DNA of 64,000 nucleotides from Paraspadella gotoi (GCA_051294375.1 CM119271.1:3744610-3808609); one strand, 5' to 3'; positions 15,270-28,948 are shown, counted from the first letter of the stretch. Made by a program: numbers and translations. Notes: generated by a model from the letters alone, not told the origin.

Positions 15270-18200
15270 GGATATTCACCGATTCATTCTCCTCCTTTCC
15301 CACTCAGAGGCCATTTTTATTTTTCTCCCTCAGAACGGGCCCGCCGCCCCCCCCTTCCCCCCCCCAGCGGATCCCGGCGTTTGACTGGAACGAGTGGATC
15401 AGGTTCTACGGACCGAAGACGACGGCGTGAAAAATCTGCCCTACGAATGTGAATTCGCGCCGTCACACGGAGTCGCTTGCGAGGTTCTTCCGTTTCACGG
15501 TGAATTCGAAAAAAAAATAAAAAAAAAACAAATCGTCGGGGAAAAGAAATTCGGCCATATTTTTCCACGAGGGTCCCCCCTTTGTGGTCACGTGAGAATT
15601 GAATTAAGAGTTATGCGTTAAAGAATTAAATTGTGGAAATCATACATTAGTTTAAAATTTAGGTTAGAGAAAAGGTTAGGGATTAAGTCTTGAAATTAAG
15701 CTAACCCCAAACGCTACCCAAAGGTCTCAACAGACGATTGGAACAAAGTTTCTTAAAAGGTTTTTTTTGTTTTTAATATTATGTAGTAGTTATTTTGAAA
15801 GGTTATAGTTTAGGCGAGCCTAACCAAATTCAAATTTTAATAATTAACAGCTTTAAAGTGAAATCCATTATCAGTCATTACATTATTGTATTAAAAATAT
15901 TTTTTTATAAAAATGATCCGAACCATGAATAATTGAAATTTTAATTATTATTTGTGATATAAGTTTAAATAAAAAATGTAATTATAAACTTTTTAAAATT
16001 TTGATGTTTCATTACCGAAAATAAAAAAAAAATATAGTAGATGATTATGATAATAATTTTTTTAAGCTTTTTAATTCAATTTTGACCCACTAATCATCAA
16101 AATCATTAAAAAAAATTATACTTTGTGCTTCAACAACAGACTTTTTTACTAAAGATTATCTGAATCTGCGCTTTTAAATATATAATATTTTCAAAAAATA
16201 TTTTATTGCACTACTAAATAATTAAAAAAATTTACTAGTGCTTCGAGGGCCTTTTTTCAAAAAAAATTTGGTCAATTAAAGAATGTATGAAGTTTTCCTT
16301 GGGAAAGTCCCAAAATTTCAAATTTCTGACTCACCCATTGATATAGATCGGCGATTGAGCGAATATCCCACCGGATTATCCAGTGAGGTTAAAGATTACG
16401 ATTAAGTATTAAGATTAGATTAGGTTAGGTTAGAAATTTAATCAAGGATTCGGGCTTAGAGAAGGAGGCCTTTTTGGAAAATAGCGCCGGAGAATCGAGA
16501 AGCGATCGTCGGTCGATGAGAAGCGAATTCGCGCGATGGNNNNNNNNNNNNNNNNNNNNNNNNNACTCGACGACGCGACGGTGGTTCCTTCCGTTTCGCC
16601 CTCGTTGTCGTCGTCATAAAAATAAAAACCGCCCATAAACCCTCCTGAAGTGTGACCTTCATTATTATCCGGGGGGGGAAATGGAATTTGGCTCTTGCCA
16701 CCGGCCCTCGCTGGGGAAGGGAGTTGAGAGGCGCTCGTGGGAGGAAAGATGGCGCTTCGGATAAGAAGATGGTTTTTGGTTAAGTCAAATAAAAGGATAC
16801 GCGTGAATAAATGAAGATATTCTAAAGACCATTGTAAAAAATAAAATCGGGAAATCCGTTTTCAAACGGCCATTTCCAAAAGACGGTAAATGAAATTACG
16901 CTTTTCAGGTGAGAAATTGTTTTTAAAGAAGAATCCCCACGTGAAATAATCCTTTTTTTCGGGGCGTCCTGCCAACGTCGAAAATAAGTGAACAAGTTTG
17001 GAGTTAAACAATGTCCGGATCTGCCCACGATCATTAGCGGTAATTAATTAATTAATACAAATTATATAATCTAAAATAATATTTTAATTAATAAATTAAT
17101 TAATTTGATCCGAAATGTTTGTTTTTAGGTCTTTTCGTCACTGACTCCACAACACAAAGCCCAAGACGGACTGATGATGGCCGACGACCGAACAATAGCC
17201 TGATAAAATTACTTGATGATGTTTAATGAATAATAATTAAGAATTTATAATAATTGATTGTAAAAATAAATTATAATTACCATTAATTAAATAATATAAT
17301 GATAATAAAACATCTGCATTACATTTAAAATAAAGTAAAAAGAAGTGCAAAAATTAGTGAAACAAGTTTTTAGTTTTCCAATTTGAACTTACCACTCAGA
17401 CAATCCATCGAAACGATTCCAGCTAATCACACACTTCCACCCACATTACATAAATTCAAGTCAATCGCATTATCCACTCAGAGCAATTGACTTTCAAATA
17501 GTGAAATTTATTTCTATTAAACTCTTCCACTTCGACGATTCGCACGAAACTATATCCAACTACAATTACGCATTTTCCTGCCCGTACACAAAATTTCATT
17601 CCAATCCATCTATCCAATCACGAGAAATGGAGTATAATGCTATGCGGGGGACGAGACAGATGGACGGACGGACGGACAGATAGACAGATGGACGGACATC
17701 ATTTTTTTTGCCATAATTTATCCTAATTCAATTTTCTGATATGATAAAAATTGACTTTACCGACAAAAATTTTTGAAGGTGGGACCGACGCGACGGACCG
17801 ACAAAGTGAATTATAGAGTCTGAATTCTGCTGAATCCGACTTAAAAATCTAGAGAATAACAAAATTTTGCATTTTTTTTATTTTTAACGCTAACTCGTTC
17901 TCTCACACATATCAAAAAAGTAAGTACACCCTAATCCCTAACTAATCCCTAACCTAATCCCTATCCAATCCCTGAACCTCTAACTAAAAAAAAAACTATT
18001 CTTATTTCATAATTTAAGATTAAAATGGGGCGTTCTGGGCGAAAAATGCCCCAAAAAATATTTAGTTTCTATTCAAGGTAATAAAAATAGCTTTTTTTCA
18101 CCTGCGTTTCCGTTTATTTTTTTTAATTCCCGGTTTTTCGTCTTATAATATTTCACCCGCGATTCCCCAATTCCGGCTCAACATCCGGTTTTTCCTTTCC

Positions 18201-18345
18201 AGCATCGGCTTTTTTTTCCCTTTCCGGGATTAATCATTATTATTATTTTTTTTTCGTTTCAGACTTTCCGGTTTACGCAATAGTTGAAGCCTGATAGATG
18301 GGAAAAGAAGCGTTATCGCCGGAGGACAATATGACTCCTCTCTCT

Positions 18346-18416
<71 letters not shown>

Positions 18417-19810
18417 GGATATTCACCGATTCATTCTCCTCCTTTCCCACTCAGAGGCCATTTTTATTTTTCTCCCTCAGAACGGGCCCGCCGCCCCCCC
18501 CTTCCCCCCCCCAGCGGATCCCGGCGTTTGACTGGAACGAGTGGATCAGGTTCTACGGACCGAAGACGACGGCGTGAAAAATCTGCCCTACGAATGTGAA
18601 TTCGCGCCGTCACACGGAGTCGCTTGCGAGGTTCTTCCGTTTCACGGTGAATTCGAAAAAAAAATAAAAAAAAAACAAATCGTCGGGGAAAAGAAATTCG
18701 GCCATATTTTTCCACGAGGGTCCCCCCTTTGTGGTCACGTGAGAATTGAATTAAGAGTTATGCGTTAAAGAATTAAATTGTGGAAATCATACATTAGTTT
18801 AAAATTTAGGTTAGAGAAAAGGTTAGGGATTAAGTCTTGAAATTAAGCTAACCCCAAACGCTACCCAAAGGTCTCAACAGACGATTGGAACAAAGTTTCT
18901 TAAAAGGTTTTTTTTGTTTTTAATATTATGTAGTAGTTATTTTGAAAGGTTATAGTTTAGGCGAGCCTAACCAAATTCAAATTTTAATAATTAACAGCTT
19001 TAAAGTGAAATCCATTATCAGTCATTACATTATTGTATTAAAAATATTTTTTTATAAAAATGATCCGAACCATGAATAATTGAAATTTTAATTATTATTT
19101 GTGATATAAGTTTAAATAAAAAATGTAATTATAAACTTTTTAAAATTTTGATGTTTCATTACCGAAAATAAAAAAAAAATATAGTAGATGATTATGATAA
19201 TAATTTTTTTAAGCTTTTTAATTCAATTTTGACCCACTAATCATCAAAATCATTAAAAAAAATTATACTTTGTGCTTCAACAACAGACTTTTTTACTAAA
19301 GATTATCTGAATCTGCGCTTTTAAATATATAATATTTTCAAAAAATATTTTATTGCACTACTAAATAATTAAAAAAATTTACTAGTGCTTCGAGGGCCTT
19401 TTTTCAAAAAAAATTTGGTCAATTAAAGAATGTATGAAGTTTTCCTTGGGAAAGTCCCAAAATTTCAAATTTCTGACTCACCCAGTTGATAAGATCGGCG
19501 ATTGGCGAATATCCCACGGTATTTATCCAGTGAGGTTAAAGATTACGATTAAGATTATAGATTTAGATTAGGTTAGGTTAGAAATTTAATCAAGATCGGG
19601 CTTAGAGAAGGAGGCCCTTTTTGGAACAATAGCGCCGGAGAATCTGACGAAGCGATCGTCGGTCGATTGGAGAGCGACAGTTCGCCGCGTTATCGTCGCT
19701 ACGCTGGGGGGGAAAGAGATATTTAGAGTCAGAACGATCGTTCGGTCGATGACCTCCACACGGAGGTTCAGAATGAGCCATTCAAGGACGGGATGGAGGA
19801 GGAGGAGAGA

Positions 19811-19841
<31 letters not shown>

Positions 19842-20636
19842 GAGGACGATGAAATCTCAGTCTTGACTCCTCAATTTATTTGATATTTAAAAAAAATAAA
19901 TTTCGGCGGTTGAATGGAATGAAAATGAACATGACATTTTATTCACTTGTTTCATTATTGACATTTGATAATATTTAAAAAGATGGAAAGCGTTACTAAT
20001 TAATTAATTAATTGATTAACAGCTTAGGCCGTAGTTGTTTATCCGATTTTAATCGTCCGTCGAAATTAAAACTGGAAACAAACAATGGTTCTACTTTTCA
20101 GGTTGCCACAATTTATTATTTGTTATTATATAACGAGTTCAAATATTGTATCAATTACTTGCGACGCTTTTCTCTCAAATCCACCTCCATTTAAAAATTC
20201 CCAATTCCCCGCGCGAGACCCAAAAATTCCTTCCTCATATTTTCCGGCCATTTCCGGCGGAAAGACGATTCTTTCCGGTCGTTAGGCGCCGAGGAACTGA
20301 TTTTCCCGGCCCACGTTAAAATTTCTTATCTTCCGCCGAGAGTTTATATTGGAAGGCATTATAATTTATCGGCCTTAGGAAGAAGAAATTGATGAGGGAA
20401 AATTAAGTTTGAAAGTTTTTTTTTTTTTAAAGAAGATATTTAACGATGGAATAAAACGGGAAGGTAAATAAAAACGAATTAAATTACTTAAATTTAAAAT
20501 TGAATAGTGAGACTGAGAGAATGAAAAATTGAAAATGAAAAATGAAAATAAATTTCCCGTCTCTCCGTTTATCCTTTTGATTAATACTTGGTAGAAAGGT
20601 TATATACAATATAATATTTTTTATAATCGCTTACAT

Positions 20637-21295
20637 AACAAGAACGGTAATTCAAATTTGTGGCGCCGCAGTGACTGCCTTATCACGTGTATTTTTCGTG
20701 ACATGTCATGACATGACGTGACATGATATGACGTGATATGACATCACATGACGTGACATAACTTTCTTAGCCCATATTTATGACATGCACTGCATCTAAA
20801 TTCCGTCTTTTATTTCTTTCTAGTTTTATGATTTCCCGAAGGCAGCGCTAGCAGTCCTTTAGATTTGAGATTTTTTTTCTGTATTAACAAAAGAGCAACC
20901 AACTATCGGCAAATTATATGCATTTTAACATAAGTGGGACAGACCAATGGATAGACATACTGATGGACCAATGGACCAATGGACCAATGGACCAATTAAC
21001 CGACCGACCGACAGACTGACTGAAAAGTGACTTATAGAGTTGCTCTGCGAGTACTTGCGGCACAACTAATAATAACCTTATAAAATAATATGAACCGAAG
21101 ATATATGTTTTGTTTTTTAAATTCCGATACAGTGATTGTCATAAATACACAGGCTAAAAAAATTATTGTAGTCATTCAGTCATGTCATGTTACGTAATGT
21201 CATGTCATGTCATGTCATGTCACGTCATGTCACGATAAATATACGTGATAAGGCAGTCACTGCGTCGCAACACATTTGTAATTACCGTTCTTGTT
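20637..21295. mobile_element. Same family: full copy (+, 20637-21069) plus an inverted 5' fragment (-, ~21180-21295); duplicate at 8726-9422
   Basis: AACAAGAACGGTAATT...GCAGTGACTGCCTTATCACGT appears at both ends in inverted orientation. Confidence 0.6.
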
Positions 21296-21613
21296 AAATT
21301 AAAAATAAAAAAGAAAAGAATGTTTTTATTTTTTTTCAGAGATGAGAATCGTCGCGTTTTTCGGATCTTGTTTTTTTCCTGGCACCAATAAAGATTAAAA
21401 ACGGGGGAGAAATAAAGAAACAAAAAAACAGAGAAACGCGAATAAAAAACGATAAGATAACCAAATAAAAGATAAAAGGGAAGGCGTAAATATTTCACAG
21501 ATGCTCTTTTATTTCGCTCCTCGTAAACGTGGTTTCCGTATTCATGGTCGCCATATTTAAAATTTCCTCACAGCTAAAAAAAAAAAAGAAAAGGAAAAAC
21601 GTCTGTCTCTCTG

Positions 21614-21659
<46 letters not shown>

Positions 21660-21685
21660 TTTCTCTCTGCTCTCTCTCTTCTCTC

Positions 21686-21729
<44 letters not shown>

Positions 21730-21746
21730 TCTCTCTCTTCTTCTTC

Positions 21747-21807
<61 letters not shown>

Positions 21808-21843
21808 CTCTTCTCTCTTCTCTCTCTCTCTCTTCTCTCTCTT

Positions 21844-21887
<44 letters not shown>

Positions 21888-22068
21888 GTCATTTGTTATT
21901 TTTGAAATTTAAGAAAGAGAAGAGGAGGCGATAAATTCTTCAACCCAGATCACTACGGGGAATGCCGCCAGGCAATATGTTTCTCGAATCTCTCTCTCTT
22001 CTCTCTCTCTCCTCTCTCTTCTCTCTCTCTTCTCTCTCTCTCTCTCTACTCTCTCTCTCTCTCTCTCT

Positions 22069-22116
<48 letters not shown>

Positions 22117-23917
22117 TTTTCTCTTTCAGTTCTCCTCCCGTCCTTGAGGAATACGTCCAGAACCTTGATTACGCCGCGGGGTTGCGCGCCATTCCAAGAT
22201 TTACTCTATCTCTCTCTTCTCTCTCTTCTCTCTTCTCTCTCTCTCTCTCTCTTCTCTCATCTCTCTCTCTCCATCTCTCTCTCGCTCATCTTCTCCTCTA
22301 CCACTCCCCTTCCTCTTCAAACAACGCTATTTACTGCCGAAAGAAAGCTAAACGTTCATCTGTCGGGTGCAACTTGCGAAGATTTGGCAAGTATGACAAC
22401 AGTTTGGCAAAGCAAGGACAAATTGACGTGCCAATAAGGCGTAGTAAAAGTTGGCAGATTTAATGAAATTGCGGCTACTACCCAATATAAAAATTATCCA
22501 TTTCATTTAAATAAATTAAGCCTATACTTTCACTCTGACTTCATTGCGACAGGCTTTGGTGGGTTTAAGGCCCTCCATCACTCTTACATCTGCAAGCTTT
22601 CAATCAGGACCCTCTCACAGCTTTCCTTTAATTCACTTTCAGAGTACATGGGCTTTCCCTATCAATGAAGTTGTTATAATAATTTTCAAATGATTTCCCA
22701 ATTGCTTATGAAAAGACCCAGCTCCCTTAAGTATTAGATCGGGGAATGCTATATTGTACTCAGCTCAGCATCAAAATACAAGGAGCTGAATTTTCTGAAA
22801 TTGGTATTCGAATAGGAGATCATAAACAGTTTTGTACCAATGAACATTTATGTAAATTTAATAAAAAATAAAATAAAATAAAAACCTTATAAAATGGTAA
22901 AATTTCAAGTTTTCATAAAAAGTTAATAAAATCAAATATAAATTGATTTAAAAAAGTTGAACTAAAAATAAAAAATTATTTTATTAAAAATAAATTATTG
23001 GTTAATTATATAATACTTTTATGATTTTGCCCTACTTAATTAAATAACGTTTTTAAAAAATTTGTTATTAACTTTTTATAAGGAATTAAAAATTAACAAA
23101 AAACGATTTTAAAATTGAAACATTTTAAAAGGTATGTATTGCCAATACTATTGGCCAATGTGAAAATTTAAAAAAAAACAAATACTTTTTTAAATGAAAA
23201 TGTTTATGATCCACTAATCGAATTTTTATTTTAATTGCTTTCGCAATTTTTACTCCGCTTAATAGGGTAGTTGGCGGGAAAACTTGTTGGAAGCATACTA
23301 TGCATTGCATAGTTGTTTGTTGGTTGTCATGATTCGGTAAAATTATGCATGAATAATTGAATTACGAGTTGCTTGTAACAATTTAACTGTGATAATGCTA
23401 CAAAAGTATCACTAGCATAAGAGGAAAGAATGTAACTAAGTAAAAGCACAGTAATTATGGCCAAAATCCTTTTTGTATAACAATGATTTCATTTTAGGTT
23501 GAGACTTTTACAAAAGTTTCACAAAACAGTGATAGGAGATTAGAATCATAATTGTGTTAAAACTCAGTTCCCGCTGAGTTTGGGAGAATATTTAGAATAG
23601 ATTGAAATTTTCAGCTTGTGCCAAAAGGAGAGACACATCGGAGTGCAGCCACTAACTCGTTAAAATTTAGCAAAATGTTTAGTTTTTAATAATTTAGGAG
23701 TTATTAATGATGTTACAAAGTGGACCCATTACATACTACAGCAAAATCCCATATTCCCCTTTTTACTTACGATTTACTAAAAAACAATCCCTGTACGATT
23801 TTTACGGCCAGAAAATCAACAAATGTACACAGCAAAACGTTTCACTTTTGTTTACTCAAGTCCCGACAGCGAAACTTGGTTCGACTTTCTACCGACATCT
23901 TTCGTCCGGAAACGATT

Positions 23918-24396
23918 TCAACGTTCTCGCCAACAAAGGAGCATCGCGAGGATTAGCGAGAATCCGAGGACGAAGACGTCCGCTCTGGTGGCGGAGGCGG
24001 CGCCGTAGTAGGGAAGGGGAATCAGGAACGGGCCGATCCATTGACCGCCGCCGCCGCCGTAGCCGCCACCGAAACCGCCGTAGAATGGATTAGACGACGC
24101 TGTATTTATTTAGATGGTATTTTTTTCCATTTATTTCGTATTCGAAAAAAAAATCTTACTAAAAACTTAAAATTTTTCTTTCTTTCATCTGGCGTAGAAC
24201 ATAATTTGCCAATTTCATAAACATTTTAATTTTAATTCTAATTTCCTAAAACATTTTGATACGACCTGGCTGCCAAAACGCGACGGTAGCGACGACCGCG
24301 AAGACGAATTTGACGAAATCATCCTACAGTACAGGTTGTAAACATTAATAATCTTTTTGGAGAGTTCAAAGCTTTTTTCATGGTTTCACTTACCAT
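23918..24396 (-). CDS. Small secreted Gly/Tyr-rich, probably GPI-anchored protein, paralog 1 (80 aa, 3 coding exons)
   Basis: Exons 24396-24394 (ATG|gtaagt), 24323-24266, 24099-23918. Protein: MDDFVKFVFAVVATVAFWQPASS/NPFYGGFGGGYGGGGGQWIGPFLIPLPYYGAASATRADVFVLGFSLILAMLLCWRER*. All junctions GT-AG and in phase. Confidence 0.85.
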
Positions 24397-26244
24397 TTGT
24401 TTCTGTTCAGAAATTGACTTTTGGAAATTATTTTTACTTTTCTTCCGAAACTTTTAAGAGCAAACCGTTTTCCGAAAGTCACGCTCGAATGAGTAAGTAA
24501 GATAGTAAATTGTAAAATACACGGTGATCACCACCATACGAAATATATAAATTTTTAAATTTTTTGTGTATTGTACTCAACTTTTTGACTTGTAAAATTT
24601 GTAGTAGTAATACGAACGAAATATATCAATTTTAGAAGACCCTGTACCGCCCCAGTTTTATACGAATGACAATAATAAATTACGCAATAAGAGAACAAAA
24701 CAATATCCTCTTTATCTCCCTGCGAATAGCATTATTAATTGATTCATTACGGAAGTCCCTTTCATATTCAAAATGTATACATTTTTTTCCCTATATTTGT
24801 TTCTTCAAATGCTAATATAATTAAGTAGGCAGTTTGTCACAAAAAAAAAACCCTAACACGGAAATACTAAATTCGTTAAATTATAATCCGCTTTTACTGA
24901 CTAAAGGACGATTTCAGTTTTGAATAAAACGAAAAAAAAAACAAACATTTATATCTGCTGATGTATTATTTTTTCAGAGTGACCACCGACGCTAGAATGA
25001 ATAAGAAAAAGTGAAAAAAGAGCGAGGCTAGAATGAAGAATAGAATAACTACAACAATTTACAATGCGTATGTTACAATTGATACATGTTTTCGATCCAC
25101 GGACGTTAGTGATTTGATGCTGTTGTCCGTAGAATGCCGTCCTGCATGAAAAGAATGGGAAAAGCATGAACGACGAATACGTAACATATTTGATTGATTG
25201 ACTGTGATTCAGCCACAAGAATCAAAATAGTTTAAATTTTTAAACTCCCCTAAATTACCCTATCTCTCTCGCCCTCATTTTTGCTCCTCTCGGCGACGAA
25301 AAAAAGTTATAAGAATACGAAAAATAAGGTAAAGAAAACAATTGAGCTATTTTAAGGAAAAGCAGACTGTGCAGCTGCGACAGTCAAAAGAAAAAAAAAA
25401 CGGTTTTCGAGATTAGTCGAGGCAGGTTTACGAGAAAAGTTAATGAGGAAAGATAAAGGGAAGTTAGGCGAAGTGGGAAGGTAAAGGAAGGAAGGTGAAT
25501 TGAGAAATTGTCGACGAAAACAAAAGAGGGCGTCAAGAAAAAAAATAGAATTAAGGGAAAAACCGAAAGAAAAAAAACAAAACAAAAAGAAAAAAAAAAC
25601 TACATAAAATCAACCTCGCTGTTTTCTTCGATTTTCGATTAAACAAAAAATGAAAATATTTAGAGTCAATTGACCGTAATTTTTGTCAGACTCGACTGCC
25701 TCATTATGCCTTTTCGGATCCACATCATTAACGCGATTAGATTTAACAACCTGCGGTGGTATATTCTATTTATTCATACAGCCTCACATCCACCATCGTT
25801 CAGGGGGATCACGGTCCACAGTACTTACGACTTTCCCCCTCCCGATGGGCATCACAGGCGACCCGGCTGTTGCCATAAACCAACTCGTTCAACTTCTCGA
25901 AAACAGCTGCGTCTTCTTCTTTCAACGCTTTTCACGGTCAATTATTCCGACCAATCATTTCTCAAAATTTCAAATCATCCGCTCCCAATTACCTCAACCA
26001 GTGTTAGGGAAAGTTTTAAGTGCTCTAAATTAACTGTTATCGGTCATGATAGATTGTTTATTTTAATGTTTATGTTGTTTATGTTTATGTTAATGTTTAA
26101 CCTGCAAGGTGTGACCTGTGACCATTCCTGAAGACGGTAAAAGTTGGCTTACCGACTCGCTTACTCACCATCACAGTCTCACAGTCTGACAGTCTCACGC
26201 TCTCCTCCGATAATGATAAACCCTCACCATTTTTCCGCCCCGTT

Positions 26245-26787
26245 TCACCGCCTCCACAGCCAGGTGGTCGCTAGGCAACAGGCAGAGAAGAGGAGAAGAT
26301 GGTTGACTCCAACGAAGGACGACCCGTTGCCCAAAAAGGGCATCGGGTAGAGGAAGGGACCGACCAGGTTTCCGCCGCCTCCGCCGTAGCCGCCGCCGCC
26401 GTAGCCGCCGCCGAAACCGTAGAAGGGGTTGGCCGAGGCTAAGAGTGTGAAAGGAGAGAGTTAAAATTTAAAATTCAACGAAAAAAAGAGAATAAATGCA
26501 TTAAAAATGTATAAAATAACTAAAATTATTATTATCTTGTGATGGAGGCCTTAAACCACCAAAACCTGTCCAAAGTCAGGGGCAAGATAGCTTATTTGTT
26601 AAATGAATGGATAATTTTTATATTGGCTGTACCAATTTCATATAAACGAATGTAATTGTTCAATGATCATAACTGTTAATAACATAGATTAGTCGATTAA
26701 TTCCATAACATTGCCGAACGAACCTGGAGCGAGTGCGACGAATAAAAACGTCACCAAAAGTAGAGATAATTTAAATTGCGTCTTCAT
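26245..26787 (-). CDS. Small secreted Gly/Tyr-rich, probably GPI-anchored protein, paralog 2 (85 aa, 2 coding exons)
   Basis: Exons 26787-26724 and 26438-26245. Protein: MKTQFKLSLLLVTFLFVALAPASA/NPFYGFGGGYGGGGYGGGGGNLVGPFLYPMPFLGNGSSFVGVNHLLLFSACCLATTWLWRR*. Same phase-1 intron position as paralog 1; AATAAA near 26060. Confidence 0.87.
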
Positions 26788-27018
26788 GATGAACGCGCGT
26801 TGGTGTGATTTTCAAAGTAGACGTTGTGACATTCGCCTCACTCAAATAAGCGTCTTGACCGAGAGTGATCTCGAGGGAGCGGTGATACTTTTGGTTTTAA
26901 GTTGAAGATAGAAGTGAGAACTGAAAACGGAAATCAGGGGAAATTAATGTATAGTTATAAGTTATTGAAAAAAAAAAGAAAAAGATTCGAAGAAGTTTGA
27001 AGAAGAAAAGTTATCTCT

Positions 27019-27064
27019 GACGCCGATGAAGGCTTGTAGAAACTAAAGCCGAAACATGTCCGTC
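27019..27064 (+). ncRNA. Minimal type-I hammerhead ribozyme, Penelope-like (U4C core variant)
   Basis: GACG-CCGATGA-A-GGCTT(gtagaaacta)AAGCC-GAAA-CATGTC-CGTC. Stems I and II pair; palindromic ACATGT stem III. Confidence 0.7.
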
Positions 27065-28073
27065 TCATATTAATAAAAATCGTTGTTTGATCAATCTAAA
27101 ACGTTTTCTATGAAAAAAAAAAGAAAAAGATTCGAAGAAGTTTGAAGAAGAAAAGTGGATTTTACTTACGAATAAAACCTAAAGTATTGTTTTCTATTTT
27201 CGAAAAACGTGAAATGAATGATTGCCGTCGGGGTTAAGACTAAAAGTCTGAACAGCACGATAAAGAAAAAGACCTTATGATACGTTTTTTTTTTAATTTC
27301 CCCCAAAACCTCTTTCGATATTAAATGATTTCCTACAGTCCAGGCGAAAATTTCGGATAACTCTTGATGACTATTGATTGATTCGCACATTCGCCCCCGA
27401 GTGACAAGAAGAAAAACCCCTCAATGCATTCACGCGGAGAACGAAAGAAAGAAGAGAAAAGCGGAATTTTGATTCCGACTTTGAAAAAGTGAAAATTATC
27501 ATGAGAATCGCGAGAAAAAGTTGGGATGAATGAAGTTTGAATGAGAGGAAAAAAGGCGGAAAAGAGGAATCCAGGGAAGAATTTTCTTTAAACAACTCCT
27601 GTTGATATTAATCATTAATAATTACGTTGATTATAAAACTCACTGCTCTCTAGTTTTCTCTATTGCTCTGAATTATTCCGAATCGTCTTTTCGACAAACA
27701 AAGATAAAAGCCTACCGGGAGTGGGAAAATTATTGTTGCGTATTTATTTATTTTAGAGCCAATTTTAGAGCCTGCCAGTTGACAATTGATTACAAATGCA
27801 ACGCGAGATAAAGATTGAGAACCCCTAGCCTAGATCTATTTCAATTTAAAATAACTTGAATCGTTTGGCTTTGTAGCCTCACATGTCGGAGTTCAACACT
27901 ATTACTTTTCGTTACTTTGTAATGAATCTCTGATTCATACTACAATTTTATTTCACAGCAACATAGAATAAATATGTTTAACTACTAGGTACATAAATGC
28001 TTGTCTTTTACTGATTCGAATTAATGAAAAAGGAAGAGTCAGGAGCAGCGATGACCATTTGTTTTGTTTTTTT

Positions 28074-28891
28074 TCAGGAGTTTTGGCGGGAATTGATTTC
28101 GTCGTCTGCCGTCGAAGCGCTCTTTTCCCTTATGGAATTTTCGTACTCTTTACTGTCTAAAATTATGACAGGTATGATAGATTAGTTATTTAGCTATTTA
28201 TAGATTCATAAAGATTTTTTTAAAGACTTACATATTTTTATACTACTATACACTTCCTATTTTATAATTTCATCAATTTACTATTCACTTTTTTATTCAT
28301 ATATTTAATTTTGTGGGTTATTCATCCGGAAAAACTGCAGAATGCATTTACCATTTGTCTCTAATATTGATATACAAAAATGCTATGAACTAACAAACAG
28401 ACTCTTTCTTACCTTTGTTTTTCTTCACTGAATCTTCCGAGAGGCGTTTGTCACTGTCGCTTCCATTTTTCTCGCGACAAACACTTTTGTCTTTAACTTC
28501 GTCTGTAACTTCGTCGGTAACTTCGTCTGTAACTTCGTCTGTAACTTCGTTTGTAACTTTGTCTTTAACTTCGTCTTTAACTTTGTCAATTTCTTCAATA
28601 TAGACTTCCTCCTTTGTTGGTATGACCGACAACTCGGGACCAACCCTCAAAGAGTCTTCGCCTTCGTTCGCTTTGAGGGAAGCGACAACGTCGGCTCGCT
28701 GAACGAGATCGTCGTCGTCGTTGAAGACTTCGTCGATGCCATCGTCGTTGTCGTCGTTGTCGTTATCGTCTTTAACTTTGGCGTCGTCTGCACCATCGGC
28801 GTCGGCTTGGTCGTCGTTGTGTTCAAGTTTAACTTTGTTGTCGGTAACGGTTAAAGAACGCGTATTCAAATTCTTGGCGAACCGTTGTTTT
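28074..28891 (-). CDS. 3' exons of an acidic low-complexity protein (Asp-rich, (EVTD/EVKD)n repeat); 5' exons not identified
   Basis: Exon 28891-28413 (ccacag|...KKNK-G|gtaag), possible 9-nt micro-exon 28360-28352, terminal exon 28156-28074 (ttag|DSKEYENSIREKSASTADDEINSRQNS*). Phases are compatible. Confidence 0.6.
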
Positions 28892-28948
28892 CTGTGGAGA
28901 ACAAAAACAACTACAACAGCAGCAGCAACAGCAGCAGGAAAGGGGATG

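Larger units (their letters stand above)
4170..22840. repeat. Multiple tandem re-copies of one ~6.5-kb segment, probably an assembly artefact
   Basis: 4170-10935 matches 16677-22840. 13418-~16330 repeats at 16565 onward with offset 3147 and identical indel errors. Partial copies flank the 840-N and 25-N gaps. Confidence 0.8.

Noticed and set aside
26127-26160. Hammerhead-like CTGAAGA + CGGTAA/TTACCG stem
   Set aside because: No GAAA half-core and no stem III.
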